Assembly (NCBI RefSeq): GCF_009914755.1
Contig: NC_060930.1
Strand: one strand, 5' to 3'
DNA from: the human T2T-CHM13v2.0 reference genome, Homo sapiens
DNA: 64,000 bases
This document shows, piece by piece, positions 11,701-24,300 of this stretch. Made by a program: the position numbers and the translations under genes. A model generated the notes under the pieces. It was not told the DNA's origin and made no database searches. It saw only the letters and a list, made by a program, of their open reading frames with translations. The first letter of the stretch is position 1; each line of letters begins with the position of its first letter.

Positions 11701-14700
11701 CGTTTGATAGAGAAGTTTTGAAACCCTGTTCTTGTAGGATTTCCAAGTGGATATTTAGACCACTTTGAAGCCTATGATAGAAAAGGAAACATCTTCATGG
11801 AAAACGTAGATAGAATCATCCTCAGAAACAACTTTGTGATGTGTGCGTTGAACTCACCGTCTTTAACCTTTCTTTTGGTAGAGAAGTTTTGAAACACTCT
11901 CTTTGTAAAGTCTACAAGTGGATATTTTGAGCCCTTGGAGGCATTCTTTGGAAAAGGGAATGTCTTCACATAAAAGGCAGACGGAAGTGTTCTCAGAAAC
12001 TGCTTTGTGATGTCTGTGTTCAACTCACAGAGTTTAACATTTCCTTTGATAGAGCGGTTTAGTAACCCTCTCTTTGTAGAATTTGGAAGTGTATACTAAG
12101 AGCGCTTTGAGGCCTATGGTAGAAAAGGAAATATCTTTCCATAAAAGCTAGACAGAAGCAATCTCAGAAACTCCTCTGTGATGTCTGCATTCAACTCACC
12201 GAGTGGAACATTCCTCTTGAGAGAGCAGTTTGGAAACACTCTTTCTGTAGAATCAGCTTGTTTGTATTTGGACCTCCTTGAGGCCTTCGTTGGAAACGGG
12301 TTTTCATCTTATAAACCCAGACAGAAGAATTCTCAGAGTCTTCTTTGTGATGTGTGCTTTCAACTCACCGAGATAAAGATTTCTCTTGATAGAGCAATTT
12401 GGAAACACTCTTTTTGTAGAATTTGCAAGGGTACATTGAGAGCGCTTTCAGGCCTATGGTAGAAAAGGGAATATCTTTCCATAAAAGGTAGACAGAAGCA
12501 ATCTCAGAAACTACTTTGTGATGTGTGCATTCAACTCACCGAGTGCAACGTTCCTCTTGACCGAGCAGTTTGGAAACATTGTTTCTGTAGAATCTGCAAG
12601 TGGATATTTGGACCTCTTTGAGGCCTTCGTTGGAAACGGGATTTCTTCCTATAAACCCAGACAGAAGAATTCTCAGAGACTTCTTTGTGATGTGTGAATT
12701 CAACTCACAGTGTGGATCCTTCCTTTTGATAGAGCAGTTTTGAAACCCTGTTTTTGTAGTATTTCCAAGCGGATATTTGGAACGCCTTGAAGCGTATGGT
12801 AGAAAAGGAAATATCTTCCCATAAAACCTAGACAGAACCAATCTCAGAAACGACTTTGTGATGTCTGCATTCAAGTCACAGAGTTGAACATTTCTCTTGA
12901 TAGAGCAGTTTTGAAACCCTCTTTCTGAAGGATCTGCAAGTGGATATTTGGAACTCCTTTGGGTCTTCGTTGGAAACGGGATTTCTTCGTATAAATCTAG
13001 ACAGAAGAATTCTCCGAAACTTCTTTGGTTGTGTGCATTCAAGTCACAGAGTGGAACCTTCCTTTGGATAGAGCAGTTTGAAACGCCGTGGTTGTAGTAT
13101 TTCCAAGCGGATATTAGAGCGCCTTGAGGCCTATGGTAGAAAAGGAAATATCTTCCCATAAAACCTAGACGGAAGCAATCTCAGAAACTACTGTGTGATG
13201 GCTGCATTCCACACACACGGTGGAACATTTCTCTTGATAGAGCAGTTTTGAAACACTCTTTCTGTAGAATCTGCAAGTGGATAATTGGACCGCCTTGAGG
13301 CCTTCGTTGGAAACGGGATTTCTTCATGTTACTCTAGATAGAAGAATTCTCAAACACTGCTATGTGATGTTTGCATTCAAGTCACAGAGTGCAACATTCC
13401 TCTTGGTAGAGCAGTTGGGAAACACTCCTTTTGTAGAATCTGCAATGGGATATTTGGACTTCTTTGAGGCCTTCGTTGGAAACGGGATTTCTTCGTATGA
13501 ATCTAGACAGAAGAATTCTCAGAAACTTCCTTGTGATGTGTGCATTCAACTCAGCGAGTGGCACCTTCCTTTGGATACAGCAGTTTTGAAACACTGTTTT
13601 TGTAGTATTTCCAAGCGGATATTTAGAGCGCCTTGAAGCCTATGCTAGAAATGGAAATATCTCCCCATAAAACCAAGACAGAAGCAATCTCAGAAACTAA
13701 TGTGTGATGGCTGCATTCCACACACACGGTGGACCATTTCTCTTGATAGAGCAGTTTTGAAACACTCTTTCTGTAGAATCTGCAAGTGGATAATTGGACC
13801 TCCTAGAGGCCTTCGTTGGAAACGGGATTTCTTCATCTAAACCTACAGAGAAGAATTCTCAGTAACTTCTTCGGATGTGTGCATTCGACGCACAGAATGG
13901 AACATTCCCTTTGATAGAGCAGTTTTGAGACACCGTTTTTGTAGAATTCCCAAGTGGATATTTAGAGCACTTTGAAGTCTCTGCTAGAAAAGGAAACATC
14001 TTCATGTAAAAAGTAGATAGAATCGTTCTCAGAAAGTGCTTAGTGACGTGTGCGTTCAACTCACAGAGTTTAACGTTTCTTTTGATAGAGCGTTTCTGAA
14101 ACACCCTTCTTGTAGTAGCTGCAAGTGGATATTTGGACCTATTGGAGGCCTTCTTTGGAAACGGGATTTCTTCATGTAACTCTAGATTGAAGAGTTCTCA
14201 GAAACTCCTTTGTGATGTGTGCATTCAATTCAAAGAGTGAAACCTCCCTTTTCACAGAGCAGTTTTGAAACACTGTTTTTGTAGGATTTCCAAGGGGATA
14301 TTTATAGCGCATTGAGCCTACGGCGGAAAAAGAAACATCTTCCTATAAAAACTAGACAGAATACTTCTCAGAATCTGCTTTGCGATGTGTGCGTTCAACT
14401 CACAGCGTAAAACTTTTCTTTTGATAGAGCAGTTTTGAAACACTCTTTTTGTAGTATTTGCATGTGTGTATTTAGAGCGCATTGAAGCCCACAGTAGAAA
14501 AGGAAATAACTTCACCTAAAACCTAGACAGAAGCAATCTCAGAAACTACTTTGTGATGTGTACATTCAACTCACAGAGTGGAACTTTCCTCTTTATAGAG
14601 CAGTGTTGAAACACTCTTTTTGTAGAAACTGCAAGTGGATATTTGGACCTCTTTGAGGCCTTCGTTGGAAACGGGATTTCTTCCTATAACCCTAGACAGA

Positions 14701-15770
14701 AGAATTTTCAGAAACCTCATTGTGATGTGTGCGTTCATCTCACAGAGTGGAGTCTTCCGTTTGATAGAGAAGTTTTGAAACCCTGTTCTTGTAGGATTTC
14801 CAAGTGGATATTTAGACCACTTTGAAGCCTATGATAGAAAAGGAAACATCTTCATGGAAAACATAGATAGAATCATCCTCAGAAACAACTTTGTGATGTG
14901 TGCGTTGAACTCACCGTCTTTAACCTTTCTTTTGGTAGAGAAGTTTTGAAACACTCTCTTTGTAAAGTCTACAAGTGGATATTTTGAGCCCTTGGAGGCA
15001 TTCTTTGGAAAAGGGAATGTCTTCACATAAAAGGCAGACGGAAGTGTTCTCAGAAACTGCTTTGTGATGTCTGTGTTCAACTCACAGAGTTTAACATTTC
15101 CTTTGATAGAGCGGTTTAGTAACCCTCTCTTTGTAGAATTTGGAAGTGTATACTAAGAGCGCTTTGAGGCCTATGGTAGAAAAGGAAATATCTTTCCATA
15201 AAAGCTAGACAGAAGCAATCTCAGAAACTCCTCTGTGATGTCTGCATTCAACTCACCGAGTGGAACATTCCTCTTGAGAGAGCAGTTTGGAAACACTCTT
15301 TCTGTAGAATCAGCTTGTTTGTATTTGGACCTCCTTGAGGCCTTCGTTGGAAACGGGTTTTCATCTTATAAACCCAGACAGAAGAATTCTCAGAGTCTTC
15401 TTTGTGATGTGTGCTTTCAACTCACCGAGATAAAGATTTCTCTTGATAGAGCAATTTGGAAACACTCTTTTTGTAGAATTTGCAAGGGTACATTGAGAGC
15501 GCTTTCAGGCCTATGGTAGAAAAGGGAATATCTTTCCATAAAAGGTAGACAGAAGCAATCTCAGAAACTACTTTGTGATGTGTGCATTCAACTCACCGAG
15601 TGCAACGTTCCTCTTGACCGAGCAGTTTGGAAACATTGTTTCTGTAGAATCTGCAAGTGGATATTTGGACCTCTTTGAGGCCTTCGTTGGAAACGGGATT
15701 TCTTCCTATAAACCCAGACAGAAGAATTCTCAGAGACTTCTTTGTGATGTGTGAATTCAACTCACAGTGT

Positions 15771-18700
15771 GGATCCTTCCTTTTGATAGAGCAGTTTTGA
15801 AACCCTGTTTTTGTAGTATTTCCAAGCGGATATTTGGAACGCCTTGAAGCGTATGGTAGAAAAGGAAATATCTTCCCATAAAACCTAGACAGAACCAATC
15901 TCAGAAACGACTTTGTGATGTCTGCATTCAAGTCACAGAGTTGAACATTTCTCTTGATAGAGCAGTTTTGAAACCCTCTTTCTGAAGGATCTGCAAGTGG
16001 ATATTTGGAACTCCTTTGGGTCTTCGTTGGAAACGGGATTTCTTCGTATAAATCTAGACAGAAGAATTCTCCGAAACTTCTTTGGTTGTGTGCATTCAAG
16101 TCACAGAGTGGAACCTTCCTTTGGATAGAGCAGTTTGAAACGCCGTGGTTGTAGTATTTCCAAGCGGATATTAGAGCGCCTTGAGGCCTATGGTAGAAAA
16201 GGAAATATCTTCCCATAAAACCTAGACGGAAGCAATCTCAGAAACTACTGTGTGATGGCTGCATTCCACACACACGGTGGAACATTTCTCTTGATAGAGC
16301 AGTTTTGAAACACTCTTTCTGTAGAATCTGCAAGTGGATAATTGGACCGCCTTGAGGCCTTCGTTGGAAACGGGATTTCTTCATGTTACTCTAGATAGAA
16401 GAATTCTCAAACACTGCTATGTGATGTTTGCATTCAAGTCACAGAGTGCAACATTCCTCTTGGTAGAGCAGTTGGGAAACACTCCTTTTGTAGAATCTGC
16501 AATGGGATATTTGGACTTCTTTGAGGCCTTCGTTGGAAACGGGATTTCTTCGTATGAATCTAGACAGAAGAATTCTCAGAAACTTCCTTGTGATGTGTGC
16601 ATTCAACTCAGCGAGTGGCACCTTCCTTTGGATACAGCAGTTTTGAAACACTGTTTTTGTAGTATTTCCAAGCGGATATTTAGAGCGCCTTGAAGCCTAT
16701 GCTAGAAATGGAAATATCGCCCCATAAAACCAAGACAGAAGCAATCTCAGAAACTAATGTGTGATGGCTGCATTCCACACACACGGTGGACCATTTCTCT
16801 TGATAGAGCAGTTTTGAAACACTCTTTCTGTAGAATCTGCAAGTGGATAATTGGACCTCCTAGAGGCCTTCGTTGGAAACGGGATTTCTTCATCTAAACC
16901 TACAGAGAAGAATTCTCAGTAACTTCTTCGGATGTGTGCATTCGACTCACAGAATGGAACATTCCCTTTGATAGAGCAGTTTTGAGACACCGTTTTTGTA
17001 GAATTCCCAAGTGGATATTTAGAGCACTTTGAAGTCTCTGCTAGAAAAGGAAACATCTTCATGTAAAAAGTAGATAGAATCGTTCTCAGAAAGTGCTTAG
17101 TGACGTGTGCGTTCAACTCACAGAGTTTAACGTTTCTTTTGATAGAGCGTTTCTGAAACACCCTTCTTGTAGTAGCTGCAAGTGGATATTTGGACCTATT
17201 GGAGGCCTTCTTTGGAAATGGGATTTCTTCATGTAACTCTAGATTGAAGAGTTCTCAGAAACTCCTTTGTGATGTGTGCATTCAATTCAAAGAGTGAAAC
17301 CTCCCTTTTCACAGAGCAGTTTTGAAACACTGTTTTTGTAGGATTTCCAAGGGGATATTTATAGCGCATTGAGCCTACGGCGGAAAAAGAAATATCTTCC
17401 TATAAAAACTAGACAGAATACTTCTCAGAATCTGCTTTGCGATGTGTGCGTTCAACTCACAGAGTAAAACTTTTCTTTTGATAGAGCAGTTTTGAAACAC
17501 TCTTTTTGTAGTATTTGCATGTGTATATTTAGAGCGCATTGAAGCCCACAGTAGAAAAGGAAATAACTTCACCTAAAACCTAGACAGAAGCAGTCTCAGA
17601 AACTACTTTGTGATGTGTACATTCAACTCACAGAGTGGAACTTTCCTCTTTATAGAGCAGTGTTGAAACACTCTTTTTGTAGAAACTGCAAGTGGATATT
17701 TGGACCTCTTTGAGGCCTTCGTTGGAAACGGGATTTCTTCCTATAACCCTAGACAGAAGAATTTTCAGAAACCTCATTGTGATGTGTGCGTTCATCTCAC
17801 AGAGTGGAGTCTTCCGTTTGATAGAGAAGTTTTGAAACCCTGTTCTTGTAGGATTTCCAAGTGGATATTTAGACCACTTTGAAGCCTATGATAGAAAAGG
17901 AAACATCTTCATGGAAAACATAGATAGAATCATTCTCAGAAACAACTTTGTGATGTGTGCGTTGAACTCACCGTCTTTAACCTTTCTTTTGGTAGAGAAG
18001 TTTTGAAACACTCTCTTTGTAAAGTCTACAAGTGGATATTTTGAGCCCTTGGAGGCATTCTTTGGAAAAGGGAATGTCTTCACATAAAAGGCAGACGGAA
18101 GTGTTCTCAGAAACTGCTTTGTGATGTCTGTGTTCAACTCACATTTAACATTTCCTTTGATAGAGCGGTTTAGTAACCCTCTCTTTGTAGAATTTGGAAG
18201 TGTATACTAAGAGCGCTTTGAGGCCTATGGTAGAAAAGGAAATATCTTTCCATAAAAGCTAGACAGAAGCAATCTCAGAAACTCCTCTGTGATGTCTGCA
18301 TTCAACTCACCGAGTGGAACATTCCTCTTGATAGAGCAGTTTGGAAACACTCTTTCTGTAGAATCAGCTTGTTTGCATTTGGACCTCCTTGAGGCCTTCG
18401 TTGGAAACGGGTTTTCATCTTATAAACCCAGACAGAAGAATTCTCAGAGTCTTCTTTGTGATGTGTGCTTTCAACTCACCGAGATAAAGATTTCTCTTGA
18501 TAGAGCAATTTGGAAACACTCTTTTTGTAGAATTTGCAAGGGTACATTGAGAGCGCTTTCAGGCCTATGGTAGAAAAGGGAATATCTTTCCATAAAAGGT
18601 AGACAGAAGCAATCTCAGAAACTACTTTGTGATGTGTGCATTCAACTCACCAAGTGCAACGTTCCTCTTGACCGAGCAGTTTGGAAACATTGTTTCTGTA

Positions 18701-18824
18701 GAATCTGCAAGTGGATATTTGGACCTCTTTGAGGCCTTCGTTGGAAACGGGATTTCTTCCTATAAACCCAGACAGAAGAATTCTCAGAGACTTCTTTGTG
18801 ATGTGTGAATTCAACTCACAGTGT
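15771..18824 (+). repeat. 3054-bp HOR variant with a 3-bp deletion; also units starting 21373, 30542, 33596, 45315, 57540
   Basis: AACTCACATTTAAC instead of AACTCACAGAGTTTAAC, with the gap after 18143, 23745, 32914, 35968, 47687 and 59912. Unit spacing is 3054. Confidence 0.95.
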
Positions 18825-21372
18825 GGATCCTTCCTTTTGATAGAGCAGTTTTGAAACCCTGTTTTTGTAGTATTTCCAAGCGGATATTTGGAACGCCTTG
18901 AAGCGTATGGTAGAAAAGGAAATATCTTCCCATAAAACCTAGACAGAACCAATCTCAGAAACGACTTTGTGATGTCTGCATTCAAGTCACAGAGTTGAAC
19001 ATTTCTCTTGATAGAGCAGTTTTGAAACCCTCTTTCTGAAGGATCTGCAAGTGGATATTTGGAACTCCTTTGGGTCTTCGTTGAAAACGGGATTTCTTCG
19101 TATAAATCTAGACAGAAGAATTCTCCGAAACTTCTTTGGTTGTGTGCATTCAAGTCACAGAGTGGAACCTTCCTTTGGATAGAGCAGTTTGAAACGCCGT
19201 GGTTGTAGTATTTCCAAGCGGATATTAGAGCGCCTTGAGGCCTATGGTAGAAAAGGAAATATCTTCCCATAAAACCTAGACGGAAGCAATCTCAGAAACT
19301 ACTGTGTGATGGCTGCATTCCACACACACGGTGGAACATTTCTCTTGATAGAGCAGTTTTGAAACACTCTTTCTGTAGAATCTGCAAGTGGATAATTGGA
19401 CCGCCTTGAGGCCTTCGTTGGAAACGGGATTTCTTCATCTAAACCTACAGAGAAGAATTCTCAGTAACTTCTTCGGATGTGTGCATTCGACGCACAGAAT
19501 GGAACATTCCCTTTGATAGAGCAGTTTTGAGACACCGTTTTTGTAGAATTCCCAAGTGGATATTTAGAGCACTTTGAAGTCTCTGCTAGAAAAGGAAACA
19601 TCTTCATGTAAAAAGTAGATAGAATCGTTCTCAGAAAGTGCTTAGTGACGTGTGCGTTCAACTCACAGAGTTTAACGTTTCTTTTGATAGAGCGTTTCTG
19701 AAACACCCTTCTTGTAGTAGCTGCAAGTGGATATTTGGACCTATTGGAGGCCTTCTTTGGAAACGGGATTTCTTCATGTAACTCTAGATTGAAGAGTTCT
19801 CAGAAACTCCTTTGTGATGTGTGCATTCAATTCAAAGAGTGAAACCTCCCTTTTCACAGAGCAGTTTTGAAACACTGTTTTTGTAGGATTTCCAAGGGGA
19901 TATTTATAGCGCATTGAGCCTACGGCGGAAAAAGAAACATCTTCCTATAAAAACTAGACAGAATACTTCTCAGAATCTGCTTTGCGATGTGTGCGTTCAA
20001 CTCACAGCGTAAAACTTTTCTTTTGATAGAGCAATTTTGAAACACTCTTTTTGTAGTATTTGCATGTGTATATTTAGAGCGCATTGAAGCCCACAGTAGA
20101 AAAGGAAATAACTTCACCTAAAACCTAGACAGAAGCAATCTCAGAAACTACTTTGTGATGTGTACATTCAACTCACAGAGTGGAACTTTCCTCTTTATAG
20201 AGCAGTGTTGAAACACTCTTTTTGTAGAAACTGCAAGTGGATATTTGGACCTCTTTGAGGCCTTCGTTGGAAACGGGATTTCTTCCTATAACCCTAGACA
20301 GAAGAATTTTCAGAAACCTCATTGTGATGTGTGCGTTCATCTCACAGAGTGGAGTCTTCCGTTTGATAGAGAAGTTTTGAAACCCTGTTCTTGTAGGATT
20401 TCCAAGTGGATATTTAGACCACTTTGAAGCCTATGATAGAAAAGGAAACATCTTCATGGAAAACATAGATAGAATCATCCTCAGAAACAACTTTGTGATG
20501 TGTGCGTTGAACTCACCGTCTTTAACCTTTCTTTTGGTAGAGAAGTTTTGAAACACTCTCTTTGTAAAGTCTACAAGTGGATATTTTGAGCCCTTGGAGG
20601 CATTCTTTGGAAAAGGGAATGTCTTCACATAAAAGGCAGACGGAAGTGTTCTCAGAAACTGCTTTGTGATGTCTGTGTTCAACTCACAGAGTTTAACATT
20701 TCCTTTGATAGAGCGGTTTAGTAACCCTCTCTTTGTAGAATTTGGAAGTGTATACTAAGAGCGCTTTGAGGCCTATGGTAGAAAAGGAAATATCTTTCCA
20801 TAAAAGCTAGACAGAAGCAATCTCAGAAACTCCTCTGTGATGTCTGCATTCAACTCACCGAGTGGAACATTCCTCTTGATAGAGCAGTTTGGAAACACTC
20901 TTTCTGTAGAATCAGCTTGTTTGTATTTGGACCTCCTTGAGGCCTTCGTTGGAAACGGGTTTTCATCTTATAAACCCAGACAGAAGAATTCTCAGAGTCT
21001 TCTTTGTGATGTGTGCTTTCAACTCACCGAGATAAAGATTTCTCTTGATAGAGCAATTTGGAAACACTCTTTTTGTAGAATTTGCAAGGGTACATTGAGA
21101 GCGCTTTCAGGCCTATGGTAGAAAAGGGAATATCTTTCCATAAAAGGTAGACAGAAGCAATCTCAGAAACTACTTTGTGATGTGTGCATTCAACTCACCG
21201 AGTGCAACGTTCCTCTTGACCGAGCAGTTTGGAAACATTGTTTCTGTAGAATCTGCAAGTGGATATTTGGACCTCTTTGAGGCCTTCGTTGGAAACGGGA
21301 TTTCTTCCTATAAACCCAGACAGAAGAATTCTCAGAGACTTCTTTGTGATGTGTGAATTCAACTCACAGTGT
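18825..21372 (+). repeat. 15-monomer HOR structural variant A (2548 bp; 509-bp deletion)
   Basis: BamHI spacing is 2548. Junction ...GGACCGCCTT-GAGGCCTTCGTTGGAAACGGGATTTCTTCAT-CTAAACCTAC..., crossover within 19408-19438. The 119-aa and 70-aa ORFs are missing from this unit. Confidence 0.95.
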
Positions 21373-24300
21373 GGATCCTTCCTTTTGATAGAGCAGTTTT
21401 GAAACCCTGTTTTTGTAGTATTTCCAAGCGGATATTTGGAACGCCTTGAAGCGTATGGTAGAAAAGGAAATATCTTCCCATAAAACCTAGACAGAACCAA
21501 TCTCAGAAACGACTTTGTGATGTCTGCATTCAAGTCACAGAGTTGAACATTTCTCTTGATAGAGCAGTTTTGAAACCCTCTTTCTGAAGGATCTGCAAGT
21601 GGATATTTGGAACTCCTTTGGGTCTTCGTTGGAAACGGGATTTCTTCGTATAAATCTAGACAGAAGAATTCTCCGAAACTTCTTTGGTTGTGTGCATTCA
21701 AGTCACAGAGTGGAACCTTCCTTTGGATAGAGCAGTTTGAAACGCCGTGGTTGTAGTATTTCCAAGCGGATATTAGAGCGCCTTGAGGCCTATGGTAGAA
21801 AAGGAAATATCTTCCCATAAAACCTAGACGGAAGCAATCTCAGAAACTACTGTGTGATGGCTGCATTCCACACACACGGTGGAACATTTCTCTTGATAGA
21901 GCAGTTTTGAAACACTCTTTCTGTAGAATCTGCAAGTGGATAATTGGACCGCCTTGAGGCCTTCGTTGGAAACGGGATTTCTTCATGTTACTCTAGATAG
22001 AAGAATTCTCAAACACTGCTATGTGATGTTTGCATTCAAGTCACAGAGTGCAACATTCCTCTTGGTAGAGCAGTTGGGAAACACTCCTTTTGTAGAATCT
22101 GCAATGGGATATTTGGACTTCTTTGAGGCCTTCGTTGGAAACGGGATTTCTTCGTATGAATCTAGACAGAAGAATTCTCAGAAACTTCCTTGTGATGTGT
22201 GCATTCAACTCAGCGAGTGGCACCTTCCTTTGGATACAGCAGTTTTGAAACACTGTTTTTGTAGTATTTCCAAGCGGATATTTAGAGCGCCTTGAAGCCT
22301 ATGCTAGAAATGGAAATATCTCCCCATAAAACCAAGACAGAAGCAATCTCAGAAACTAATGTGTGATGGCTGCATTCCACACACACGGTGGACCATTTCT
22401 CTTGATAGAGCAGTTTTGAAACACTCTTTCTGTAGAATCTGCAAGTGGATAATTGGACCTCCTAGAGGCCTTCGTTGGAAACGGGATTTCTTCATCTAAA
22501 CCTACAGAGAAGAATTCTCAGTAACTTCTTCGGATGTGTGCATTCGACTCACAGAATGGAACATTCCCTTTGATAGAGCAGTTTTGAGACACCGTTTTTG
22601 TAGAATTCCCAAGTGGATATTTAGAGCACTTTGAAGTCTCTGCTAGAAAAGGAAACATCTTCATGTAAAAAGTAGATAGAATCGTTCTCAGAAAGTGCTT
22701 AGTGACGTGTGCGTTCAACTCACAGAGTTTAACGTTTCTTTTGATAGAGCGTTTCTGAAACACCCTTCTTGTAGTAGCTGCAAGTGGATATTTGGACCTA
22801 TTGGAGGCCTTCTTTGGAAATGGGATTTCTTCATGTAACTCTAGATTGAAGAGTTCTCAGAAACTCCTTTGTGATGTGTGCATTCAATTCAAAGAGTGAA
22901 ACCTCCCTTTTCACAGAGCAGTTTTGAAACACTGTTTTTGTAGGATTTCCAAGGGGATATTTATAGCGCATTGAGCCTACGGCGGAAAAAGAAATATCTT
23001 CCTATAAAAACTAGACAGAATACTTCTCAGAATCTGCTTTGCGATGTGTGCGTTCAACTCACAGAGTAAAACTTTTCTTTTGATAGAGCAGTTTTGAAAC
23101 ACTCTTTTTGTAGTATTTGCATGTGTATATTTAGAGCGCATTGAAGCCCACAGTAGAAAAGGAAATAACTTCACCTAAAACCTAGACAGAAGCAATCTCA
23201 GAAACTACTTTGTGATGTGTACATTCAACTCACAGAGTGGAACTTTCCTCTTTATAGAGCAGTGTTGAAACACTCTTTTTGTAGAAACTGCAAGTGGATA
23301 TTTGGACCTCTTTGAGGCCTTCGTTGGAAACGGGATTTCTTCCTATAACCCTAGACAGAAGAATTTTCAGAAACCTCATTGTGATGTGTGCGTTCATCTC
23401 ACAGAGTGGAGTCTTCCGTTTGATAGAGAAGTTTTGAAACCCTGTTCTTGTAGGATTTCCAAGTGGATATTTAGACCACTTTGAAGCCTATGATAGAAAA
23501 GGAAACATCTTCATGAAAAACATAGATAGAATCATTCTCAGAAACAACTTTGTGATGTGTGCGTTGAACTCACCGTCTTTAACCTTTCTTTTGGTAGAGA
23601 AGTTTTGAAACACTCTCTTTGTAAAGTCTACAAGTGGATATTTTGAGCCCTTGGAGGCATTCTTTGGAAAAGGGAATGTCTTCACATAAAAGGCAGACAG
23701 AAGTGTTCTCAGAAACTGCTTTGTGATGTCTGTGTTCAACTCACATTTAACATTTCCTTTGATAGAGCGGTTTAGTAACCCTCTCTTTGTAGAATTTGGA
23801 AGTGTATACTAAGAGCGCTTTGAGGCCTATGGTAGAAAAGGAAATATCTTTCCATAAAAGCTAGACAGAAGCAATCTCAGAAACTCCTCTGTGATGTCTG
23901 CATTCAACTCACCGAGTGGAACATTCCTCTTGAGAGAGCAGTTTGGAAACACTCTTTCTGTAGAATCAGCTTGTTTGTATTTGGACCTCCTTGAGGCCTT
24001 CGTTGGAAACGGGTTTTCATCTTATAAACCCAGACAGAAGAATTCTCAGAGTCTTCTTTGTGATGTGTGCTTTCAACTCACCGAGATAAAGATTTCTCTT
24101 GATAGAGCAATTTGGAAACACTCTTTTTGTAGAATTTGCAAGGGTACATTGAGAGCGCTTTCAGGCCTATGGTAGAAAAGGGAATATCTTTCCATAAAAG
24201 GTAGACAGAAGCAATCTCAGAAACTACTTTGTGATGTGTGCATTCAACTCACCGAGTGCAACGTTCCTCTTGACCGAGCAGTTTGGAAACATTGTTTCTG

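Noticed and set aside
19076-19092. CENP-B box variant CTTCGTTGAAAACGGGA
   Set aside because: The G>A at 19084 hits a non-core position, so the core TTCG, A and CGGG are retained. Not counted as a box loss.
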